A stretch of 64,000 nt of DNA from the human T2T-CHM13v2.0 reference genome, Homo sapiens. Positions 12,456 through 24,223 of the stretch are shown piece by piece. The position numbers and the translations under genes are program-made. Position 1 is the first letter of the stretch; every line of letters begins with the position of its first letter. A model generated the notes under the pieces. That model was not told where the DNA came from. It saw only the letters and a list, made by a program, of their open reading frames with translations, and did no database searches. The stretch lies in NCBI RefSeq assembly GCF_009914755.1, contig NC_060926.1; one strand, given 5' to 3'.

Positions 12456-13630
12456 CATTGATTTTTGTTGTGTAAACTTGGGCATGGATTTTCCTCTCTA
12501 AAGCTCAATTTCTCCATCAGTAAAATGAAAGTTATGATTCCTACCTAGCAAAAGTGATGAAAAGAGTTAATGTAATCCAAGTATAACACAGTTAGCAATA
12601 GTATCTAATACACAAGACAAACATTAAGCAAGTGTCCTCTTCTGAGACCTAGCACCTTCTCCTCCAGGTAAACTGAGCTTCTCCTTAGTTCCTAAATATA
12701 TGTCTTGTTCACGTGGCTTCTGTGCTTCATCTGGGATACTGTTTTCTCTTGGATTATTTTACTTTCCTTTTCCTTTTGTTCAAATATTTCCCTCTTTGGG
12801 AAGTATTTATAGTAACAACCAAAATCCCTGTTTTAATCTCAAATTCAGATTTAACTGGGTACCCTGTATCTTTCTTTGCCAAATCTGGCACACCTACTGT
12901 AGGAGGTGTTGCCTTTTTAGACTTTAGGATTTGGGCCCAGTGGTCTATCTGTCAGTCACTAGACAAGTACCTAACATTCAATAAGTACTTATTGATTAGA
13001 AATGCGAAAACTTATAACCCGTATCTTGCTTAATTGTGTTCAGACTTGCTTTATTAAATACATTTCATTTATTTGTTTGAACTAGATTCCAAGTCTGTGG
13101 ACTCAGAGTCCATAGTTTATTACAGTCATTATGGCCTGTCAGTAAGAGTTAAAGTTCTTGGATTTCACAATTATGTGTGAAATTTCCCAGAAGAGGATAA
13201 GCTTAACACAATAGCCTTACTCAATGGCAGACTTTCAATATGGCTAAATCTTAAACTAAAAGAGTAATTGTCCTTTACATTGCAGCCAAAACAACCCTAA
13301 TTAATGACTTTGCTAACAACTGTTTTTGCTTATAAGCACTTTCAGTTACTTTGTTAATTTAGGCATAAATATCCATCCAATACAAAATATATTGTTAGAA
13401 AGATTTTTTTTTAATTCCTCGATTATTTTCTTTGTATTTATTTAGCTATCTATTTACCTGTTCAGTTCCTTATAGTTAGATAGGAAACAAGTCAAAATAC
13501 ATTTATTGAGCATCTATTCTGTGAGAGGAATACAAGGAGATGACTGAGCCTACAGAACTTGGGCCCTGAGGCCACTGAAGCTGTTTTAAGAAGAGAAAAA
13601 TTAAGAAACAATGAAGAAATATATACAGTG

Positions 13631-13632
<2 letters not shown>

Positions 13633-13672
<40 letters not shown>
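13633..13672. repeat. (TG)n microsatellite
   Basis: About 20 uninterrupted GT units. Confidence 0.97.
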
Positions 13673-13675
<3 letters not shown>

Positions 13676-16600
13676 CACATGCTTTTAGGTAGGTACTCTA
13701 AAGGGAAGAAATTCAAGGAAAAATATTGTTGGCTCGGCCCTTTTACCCCTATAGACATAAAGATTAACCTAAGGTGGCACACATTTTCTCAGAAAAGAGG
13801 AAGTTAAATTTGTATAAAACTATGACTGAATCATACATTTACTCTATTCTGCCTTATATTATCATTACTTGGGTCTCCACATTGAATGGCCAAGAACCAA
13901 GTTGGGTCATGTGTGTAAAAGTATTTCTGCTCTCTTTTATTGTCTAAGCTTGTAAAGTTTTACAAAGGTTAGAGAGCAGCTTTAATAATTACACCCAATC
14001 TGAATCCATCAGCTGCTTCTTACTCTCATTCTCATAGGAATAAGCAGTGGTGGAAAATTATTCCACAAATGCAAACACACACAGATGACCACAGCTCACT
14101 CCAGATTATTTTCTTGTTCAGGATCCAAGGACAATGACTACATAAATCTGAAAATGAAAAGGATGCATCAGTCCATTAAATATTAACATGGCATTGCTTT
14201 TGAATTTGAAAATGTGTATTTTTTTTGAAATAAAAGAATGAGATAGTCTTGAGATGTTTAATTTCTGGAATGTGGTAAATGTATAACTGTTTACCTAATA
14301 ATATCCACAAACCCATCAAACAATATATTTCCTTATATTAAGGTGAAGATTAATCAAATGCGATACAACTCTGGCATTTAATAACTTCAAATTACTATTA
14401 ATTTTGGAAATACTTGTAAGTTACTGAATAGTTAACATTAATAAATATAGCAATATTTTAAAATATCAAGAAAAATACGTAACTTAACAGACCCAATAAA
14501 TTAAAACTTCATAAATTGCTTGTCTTTCCTTGATTTCTTTTCAAGAAATCAGTGGAATTATAAACTGTCCACAAACAGTTTTGAGACCAAGATCGAGGTG
14601 ACTGGCATCCAGATGGTAATGGTGATATGTGGATATCATAGCCTTCTTTGATTTTAACTATATGATTTAAGTAAAATAATGGGGTCTACAAGGATTACAC
14701 AGAAAACCAAATCTTGAGGAAGCAAACAGCATGAAGAAAGAAAGCACAGTGGTACCTGTCCAAATACTGAAGCCAAGGGAAGAGAGAGAAATCTGAAGAA
14801 AGAAGATGTGTAAAGCCATGGGATACCGAGATGAATTCTGTGCTGAAATGAGGATATGGAGTCTCTTTAGGCTATCATGGGCTAGCATAAAGGGAGATAA
14901 CATTGTAGGCAAATGCTCAATCTCTGCTGTCAGGTCAAAGAGCCTCTGGGAAGATAGATAACAAAAAACGATCATTCCATGGGACCTGTGTGAAGGTAGT
15001 GGTGAGTGCAGGGCCCCACATACAGTGGAATCCTAAGAGGGAAGGAGACAAAAATGAGTTTCAGGATTAGGGAATTCAGGTGATACATGTATTTTTTGTT
15101 TGTTTTTTGTTTTGCCACATGAAGTCATTTTTGGTAGAACCAAGCTTGATGTTTCAAGACTAAAAACTGAACATTCAGTGGTCCAGTTATCTTCTTCTAC
15201 AGAGAGAACAGAATTAATTTTCCTTTCAATACCAAAATCTACCAGATTTTTACTTTCTGAGGGGAGAGAGTTGTCCTGGTTCACATCACACGCGCAGCAC
15301 CTATCATAGAGACCTGTCACTGTAAGTACTTAGTCAGTGCCTGTTGTTGAATAGATGAGGCCCTCAAAGAGGATGAGGCCCCACAGATGTTGAGGAGGGC
15401 CCCTGCCTGTTGTTAATCCAGTTATTTGGCTTAATCTTCACCCTGATAGTCTATAAAAGATAAAACACTGCCTTCTCATTTCTGTAATTTCCTGTATCTC
15501 TTTATTGAGAAATAGAAGCTCAATGAAAAGTCCTTCCCATTAGCTGGTTTTCACAATGCTCACATGCTTAACACATACACACAGACATGCATGCGTGCAT
15601 ATATGCATGCATACGTACATCCACCCAACAAATCCCTGTGTGTCAGACACCAGTTGATTTGTCTGGGGCTGGGTATGGTGTGTGCAGAGGGGGACAGGCT
15701 GGGAGGGATTCCCATGTGCTGGGCAGGGTACCAGCATCTCCTTAGCTCTTCCTGCCCCCACCTCATATTCTTAGACCTTGTTTTTCCCTCTCCTTATTCT
15801 AACAGTAACATTTCTTATTTTTAATTACTCTCTTCTGTTCTTTCCTCACTCAGTTCCCTCAGTTTATTTTTTATTTCTATTACAAAGCAAATCCTTATAG
15901 GCAATAGTATATTCTACTTTGTGTTGATTATTTCAAACATGTCGGATTGTTCCCAGGTCATTTTTTGCAGTTTTTTAGTGTTACTAATAAGACATAATTA
16001 CTCAGGCAGTTCTTTTGTCTATAATACATTTTACTAGGTTCCATTTTAGCTATTATTCATTTTATTTTGTGTTGAATACCTCTGGCAATGATACATACTG
16101 TATGCTTTCTAGAAGACTGATAATTTTCATTTATTTTTGGTGCAGAATGCAGAGGTCATCAGGATGGCAATAGTGTAGAATGTGAGCACATGTTGGTGTC
16201 AAAGGCAGGATCCTAACGCGCTGCGCCTTCTGGCCCCGCCACACTCACCCACACCGGGCATTTTCACTCCTAGATGTGGGTCCCATCAGCCTGAAAGTCC
16301 AAAGGTTAGGTTTTCTCTTCATCTCAGGATTTAAATCATTGAAATACGTTCATTCCTCCTGAAAATAATGTTTCCCTGCAGTTGCCATGAACTAATACTG
16401 TAATAAAGAATGGTCTTTTGTATTGATTCTTAAAAAAAGACCAATCACAAAACAGCTGCCGTTACTGAATAATGACTTAAAAACTCAAAAAAATCTGTAA
16501 CGATACTAATAAAATTTGTATCTAACATACTTAATATAAATCATTTTGCCAAGAGAATGCTTAACATCATCCTTTGAGAGGGGGAAAATTCACAACCTTT

Positions 16601-17414
16601 TCCACAAAGTAAACACTTCCTCCATGTCAGCCATGTTAACTATGAGGAAGTATTTTGTTACGAAATAGAAAATGGGGCTGTTTAAATAAAATGAACTGAT
16701 GTCGTTCAGGAGTAACCCCAGAAAAAAATGTGAGGCATTATTTCGAGTGGATGATCAATCTTCTTTGATTCCATCACTCTGCTGACATCTTGTCTGTCTG
16801 TTAATGTCAAGAAGTTTGACTTATTTTCTAACCACGCCATATCAAATGTCCTATTATTACCTTTCTGAGCATTTACTCAAGCTGAAGTCTTTCCAGATTC
16901 TGCTCGACTGTATCCCAGCAAGACTGGTGTCTCTTCTCCCTTGAGGAAAATGGGTGAATGCCACTGGTTTGCTGGTAAATGTTTGAGCACCAGTTATCCA
17001 AAATGAAAAAAAAGAAGAGTTGTAATTTGTGGTCTTGGTCAATTCCTGAGGTGTAACTATTTCCACCCTTGATGAATTAAAGCCACCAGTTTGACTGAGC
17101 TTAGAGCTGGGAAGAAATGTATGCATCACGAATTGGGAAAGCTGGCTCCAGCCACACGCTGAGGGTTGTGGACTTTCCTATTATTTGGGGAATTTATGAG
17201 ACGAGAAGCTCCCACAGAGGAGTAGAGACCTTCCCCTAGATGTCTAGATGAGAATGGAAGAGAGGGGAGGTGTTTTGATAGAATCGTTCGTTAGATCAGG
17301 ACTCTGATGAGTGTTCCAGGACAAATTTGCAGCTTGGATTGGTCATATATGTGGGAACAAGTAGTTAGTGCAATGAGCAGGTGAAGTCAATTCTGAAGCT
17401 ACACATATGTTTCT

Positions 17415-17818
17415 CGGTTATTTTCAAACTTTTATCCTAAGAATCACATACAGCATTTCTAAAAAATGCAGATTTCTTAGTTTTTACCCAAGCTGAATCA
17501 GTCCTTCTAGAGAGAGCCCTGAGAAATTATATTACAGTAATTGTCATCACTGTAATTCTACTGATTAGGCAAGATCAGGAAACAGAGAAATTAAAGTCTT
17601 GCCTTGGGGTGTAATTATGCAAGGGAAAGAAGTAGAATGGTGATTTCTAATCCTAACCGTGCAACAGAATTACCCAGGGAAGTTTAAAAATTCTGCTGCT
17701 TCCTAGCCACTCCAGAGATTAGGATTTAATTTGTCTGGGGTTGTTGGGAAGGCTGGACAGCTGTAGATTTAAAGAGCGCCCAGGTGCTTCTGATCTGCAG
17801 CCAGGCTGGGAAGTGCTG
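17415..17818. mobile_element. Two MER5-family hAT-Charlie MITE remnants
   Basis: MER5-like motifs AGAATCAC/AGAATTACCCAGGGAAGTTTAAAAA and CCCAGGTGCTTCTGATCTGCAGCCAGG. Confidence 0.65.
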
Positions 17819-19016
17819 ATGTGGTCCTCCTGAAAACGGGATTGACAACAGCACTCGAGGGAAATCAACAGTTTAAGCTGAAGCGTGTCATGTCACAACT
17901 GCAGCTTATATGTTTATAAGTTTATCTTTCTCAACAAACTGTGTCCTTCCGGAGACAAGGGCTCACGTCTGCTTTCCTTCTGTACCCTCAGCACTTAAGC
18001 AGCAGTGGGCATATGGTAATCCTACAGTAAATGTTGAGTGAGTGAATGTCCTAATTGGCTTACCTCATTAATAACTTGGTGATAATGTGTTGATTATTGC
18101 ATTATCTTGTTCTGAGTAACATATTTGTGTTTCTATGGGACCATCTGCAGACAATGACTTAACCCAGAGAAATACCTCCCCCGCTGTGGTAGGCAGGTGG
18201 GGAAGATATTTTTTATTAATCCTTTCTCTTTCATACAATGTGTATTATGTGGGCAGCTTATTTTTATTAAAAACAGTCTAGTGTCCTGGTGTATTTTATT
18301 TTTTAAGTGTACCTTAAATATCAACTTCCCAGCTGAAAGGTACAGGGCAGGGCTTTGGAATAATGATTTTAAAAGAGATATAAATCGGATAGTATTTCTA
18401 TGTTTACAAGCAGTTAAAGACATGCAGTGCTAGATAAGGTAAAAACTTCTCAAATGTGAAAAAAAATGGCATTTTCCTCATAAGCACAAAATATTCCAGA
18501 ATCACAAACATTAATTTATTCCAAAAGCATATTTTTCATTCTCAGTCCACAGCTCGTTTGGAGAATGAGCAGAGCAAATATTCACATGTGCTCCCAGCAC
18601 CTGTGGTCTACTTGGTAAATAATGAGCATCCCAGTCTTCGCACTCATGACTAATTATGAAGGAATCTGTGCCTGTGTTCCCTCTGTACACTTCTCCCATG
18701 TGTCTTACCTCTTCCTAGTTTGTTCTCTTGATTTTCTCAATGACAGTTAAAATGGAATCCAATGAGAGAGAAGGGCTTCTTGCTTACTGCAATTTGTTCT
18801 GCTTTGATTAATTTAAACTGAACAATCACCCCACTCTCCTCTGTGCGCTGGGAAGCCTCTGTGTCCTGAGGCCTTGGGAGGGAAGAAACTTCTGTGTCTC
18901 TCCCTGCAGCCTCCTCCACTGGGATGTGATGGAGGAAGGCCAGCTGGAGACCAGCAGTGTGGTTTGTATCTGTTATAGAGACCTTTCTGCATGCCTACCA
19001 GATCTGGGCCATCCAC

Positions 19017-19220
19017 CAGTGGCACCTCAAGGTCATTTGGCAATATCTGAGACATTTTGGGTTGCCATAACTTGGGTGAGGGGTTGGTGAGAAGGTAGTC
19101 CTTGCATCTAGTAGTAAAAGCTAGAGATATTGAAAAGCATCCAACAATACACAGGGCAAACCCTAAAACAAATAGTCATTCATCCTCAGATGTCTGCAGT
19201 GCCCAGATTGGGGAACTCTG
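19017..19220 (+). mobile_element. MER20
   Basis: CATTTGGCAATATCTGAGACATTTTGGGTTGCCATAAC...ACAATACACAGGGCAAACCC matches the recalled MER20 consensus. Confidence 0.75.
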
Positions 19221-19683
19221 ACCAAGGACTATATTCATATCCATATCTGTGTATCTCAAGGTGACTTCTTATGAGAATGGACATTGCCCTCAACAATATA
19301 TGTGGTTACTTGTCTACATTTCCATTTGCTGAACTCTAATCAATTCCTAGAGGACAGGAGCAGCACTATGCCATCTCTGTACCTCCCAATAACCTAGCAC
19401 AAACCCTTAGGCATAGATACACAAGGAATGTTTTCTGAAATGAAGTCAGAGAACCCAGCAGACACTCTGTCCTGAGCCCTACCTCACTGGCTCTTCCATG
19501 ATATGTAAAATAGTTAATTTTGTGTTGCACCTTGAAGGCCCCTGTAAAAGTGGGGACTGATGCCCTGGAGGCAACACACTGGAATCACCCTCCATTTCAG
19601 CGCCTGTGCCATAAGGCCACTGTGAGGCCCTCATGAGTTTATTGGACCACGTTCTCAGAAAGCTTGCTGCTCTTAATTAGCGT

Positions 19684-22600
19684 TAGCTACTGTTACTACT
19701 ACTACTGCTGCTATTACTAATATTACTACTACCACTACTATTATCACTATTACTACTGTCACTGCTACCACTACTGCTACTGCCACTACTACTATTATTA
19801 CTACTACCACCACTACTACTACAACCATTACTACTCCTACTATTATTATGACTACCATCACCATTACTACTACGCCACTACTACTTTAATACTACTACCA
19901 CCACCACTACTACCACTATTACTACTACCACCACCTCTACTACCACTATTACTACTACCACCACCTCTACTACCACTATTACTACTACCACCACCTCTAC
20001 TACCACTATTACTACTACCACCACCTCTACTACCACTATTACTACTACCACCACCACTACTACCACTATTACTACTACCACCACCTCTACTACCACTATT
20101 ACTACTACCACCACCACTACTACCACTATTACTACCACCACCACTACTACCACTACTACTACTACCACCACCACTACTACCACTATTACTACTACCACCA
20201 CCTCTACTACCACTATTACTACTACCACCACCTCTACTACCACTATTACTACTACCACCACCTCTACTACCACTATTACTACTACCACCACCACTACTAC
20301 CACTATTACTACTACCACCACCTCTACTACCACTATTACTACTACCACCACCACTACTACCACTATTACTACCACCACCACTACTACCACTACTACTACT
20401 ACCACCACCACTACTACCACTATTACTACTACCACCACCTCTACTACCACTATTACTACTACCACCACCACTACTACCACTACTACTACAACCATTACTA
20501 CTCCTACTATTATTATGACTACCATCACCATTACTACTACGCCACTACTACTTTAATACTACTACCACCACCACTACTACCACTATTACTACTACCACCA
20601 CCTCTACTACCACTATTACTACTACCACCACCTCTACTACCACTATTACTACTACCACCACCTCTACTACCACTATTACTACTACCACCACCTCTACTAC
20701 CACTATTACTACTACCACCACCACTACTACCACTATTACTACTACCACCACCTCTACTACCACTATTACTACTACCACCACCACTACTACCACTATTACT
20801 ACCACCACCACTACTACCACTACTACTACTACCACCACCACTACTACCACTATTACTACTACCACCACCTCTACTACCACTATTACTACTACCACCACCT
20901 CTACTACCACTATTACTACTACCACCACCTCTACTACCACTATTACTACTACCACCACCACTACTACCACTATTACTACTACTACCACCACTACTACCAC
21001 TATTACTACTACTACCACCACTACTACCACTATTACTACCACCACCTCTACTACCACTATTACTACTACCACCACCACTACTACCACTATTACTACTACC
21101 ACCACCTCTACTACCACTATTACTACTACCACCACCACTACTACCACTATTACTACCACCACCACTACTACCACTACTACTACTACCACCACCACTACTA
21201 CCACTATTACTACTACCACCACCTCTACTACCACTATTACTACTACCACCACCACTACTACCACTATTACTACTACCACCACCTCTACTACCACTATTAC
21301 TACTACCACCACCTCTACTACCACTATTACTACTACCACCACCTCTACTACCACTATTACTACTACCACCACCACTACTACCACTATTACTACTACCACC
21401 ACCTCTACTACCACTATTACTACTACCACCACCACTACTACCACTATTACTACCACCACCACTACTACCACTACTACTACTACCACCACCACTACTACCA
21501 CTATTACTACTACCACCACCTCTACTACCACTATTACTACTACCACCACCACTACTACCACTATTACTACTACCACCACCTCTACTACCACTATTACTAC
21601 TACCACCACCACTACTACCACTATTACTACTACCACCACCTCTACTACCACTATTACTACTACCACCACCACTACTACCACTATTACTACTACCACCACC
21701 TCTACTACCACTATTACTACTACCACCACCACTACTACCACTACTACTACTACCACCACCTCTACTACCACTACTACTACTACCACCACCACTACTACCA
21801 CTATTACTACTACCACCACCACTACTACCACTATTACTACTACCACCACCACTACTACCACTATTACTACTACCACCACCTCTACTACCACTATTACTAC
21901 TACCACCACCTCTACTACCACTATTACTACTACCACCACCACTACTACCACTATTACTACTACCACCACCTCTACTACCACTACTACTACTACCACCACC
22001 TCTACTACCACTATTACTACTACCACCACCACTACTACCACTATTACTACTACCACCACCTCTACTACCACTATTACTACTACCACCACCACTACTACCA
22101 CTACTACTACTACCACCACCTCTACTACCACTACTACTACTACCACCACCACTACTACCACTATTACTACTACCACCACCTCTACTACCACTATTACTAC
22201 TACCACCACCACTACTACCACTATTACTACTACCACCACCACTACTACCACTATTACTACTACCACCACCACTACTACCACTATTACTACTACCACCACC
22301 TCTACTACCACTATTACTACTACCACCACCACTACTACCACTATTACTACTACCACCACCTCTACTACCACTATTACTACTACCACCACCACTACTACCA
22401 CTACTACTACTACCACCACCTCTACTACCACTACTACTACTACCACCACCACTACTACCACTATTACTACTACCACCACCTCTACTACCACTATTACTAC
22501 TACCACCACCACTACTACCACTACTACTACTACCACCACCTCTACTACCACTATTACTACTACCACCACCTCTACTACCACTATTACTACTACCACCACC

Positions 22601-23497
22601 ACTACTACCACTATTACTACTACCACCACCTCTACTACCACTATTACTACTACCACCACCACTACTACCACTATTACTACTACCACCACCTCTACTACCA
22701 CTATTACTACTACCACCACCTCTACTACCACTATTACTACTACCACCACCTCTACTACCACTATTACTACTACTACAACCACTACTACTACTCTTATTAC
22801 TACTATTACCACTACTACTACTATTACTACCACCACCACTACTACCACTATTACTACCACCACCACTACTACCACTATTACTACCACTACAGCCACTACT
22901 ACTACTACTCTTATTACTACCACCACCACTACTACCACTATTACTACCACCACCACTACTACCACTATTACTACCACTACAGCCACTCCTACTTCTATTA
23001 CTACTATCAGCACTACTACTACTATTACTACCACCACCACTACTACCACCAGTACTATCACTATAGCCACTACTACTTCTATTACTACTATCAGCACTAC
23101 TACTACTATTACTAACACCACCACTACTACTACTATTAGCAGTACTGCTACTACCACCACCACTGTCACTACTACTACTGCCACTACTACCACTACTATT
23201 ACAACCACTACCACCACTACTACTATTATTACTACTACTAACACTACTACCACCACTACTACTACTATTACTACTAACACTAACATCACCACTACTACCA
23301 CTATCACTACTACCATTACCACTACTGCTACTATTACTACTGCCACTATTACTAATATTACTACTTCCACTACTAGTACTATCATTACTACTGCCACTAC
23401 TACCATTACTGCTATCACTACCACTACTACTATTGCTACCAGTACTACTACTACTACTACTGCCTCCTCCTCTTCCTACTACTACTACTATTACTAT
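19684..23497. repeat. ACT/ACC/ATT trinucleotide-derived array with a homogeneous 30-bp minisatellite core (approx. 19891-22760)
   Basis: Unit ACTACTACCACCACC(T/A)CTACTACCACTA(T/C)T repeated roughly 90-95 times with occasional 27-mers, flanked by degenerate triplet sequence on both sides. Confidence 0.99.
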
Positions 23498-23574
23498 TTA
23501 ATCATAATTCATATAATGGGGAAAAGGATGTCTAACTCATTGGTTTATGCCAAAAAGGAAATCTCATTTTTTTC

Positions 23575-23985
23575 TTTATTTTTTTCCCAATATTTTCCCA
23601 ACCATTCTCCACCCCTGTCCTTGGTAACCACTTTTCTACTCTCTACTATAAGTCCCACTTTTAAATATATTCCACATACAAGTGAGATCAAGCAGTATTT
23701 GTCTATCTGTTCTAGGCTTATTTCACCTCCATAATGTCTTCCAGGTTCATCCGTGTTGCTGCAAATGGCAGTTTTTCCCATCTTCTGAAGGCTGCATAAT
23801 GTTCTATTGTGGCATATGCCACATTTATTGATAAATCCATTCATTTGTTGATAGACACTTGGGTTGATTCCATATCTTGATATCGTGACTAGTGCTGCAT
23901 TGAACACGGGAGTGCAGGTCTCTCTTTGACATACTGATTGCCCTTGGATATATATCCGCAGTAGTGGGATTGCTGGATCATGAAA
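23575..23985 (-). mobile_element. Old L1 (L1M) 3' ORF2/UTR fragment
   Basis: Minus-strand translation HDPAIPLLRIY...CTPVFNAALVTI resembles the L1 ORF2p C-terminus. Confidence 0.85.
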
Positions 23986-23999
23986 TCTGATTTCTAATG

Positions 24000-24223
24000 C
24001 AATAGTTCGAAAATGGGGTGTGATTTTGCCTGTCTCCTTAGGAAAATGTAGTAATGTCTGGAGTTTTCTGGTTTCCTTTTTGATTGTCAACAATGGTGGT
24101 TGCTACTGGCACCTATTGGGTAGAGGCCAGAGATGCTGACCAGCACCCTACAACACACAGGACAGCCCCCAACAGAGAATGATCCAGCCCTGGATGGCCC
24201 TGGTGTTGAGGCTGAGAATCATG
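24000..24223 (+). mobile_element. MER20
   Basis: TGCTACTGGCACCTATTGGGTAGAGGCCAGAGATGCTG...CACAGGACAGCCCCCAACAGAGAATGATCCAGCCC. Confidence 0.85.

Noticed and set aside
15585-15620. Self-complementary ATGC/ATAT alternating tract
   Set aside because: Short; palindromy is expected in alternating purine-pyrimidine low-complexity sequence.
19891-22760. CRISPR-like array
   Set aside because: Units are head-to-tail with no unique spacers, the context is eukaryotic, and there are no cas genes.
20548-23424. 958-aa poly-Val ORF (also the 216-aa and 63-aa neighbours) and the opposite-strand poly-Thr frame as real genes
   Set aside because: Openness follows from triplet periodicity and the lack of G on + (TAG and TGA are impossible). 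There is no signal peptide, convincing splice site or flanking exon. The duplicated ATG in the Thr frame reaches TAA after 13 codons.
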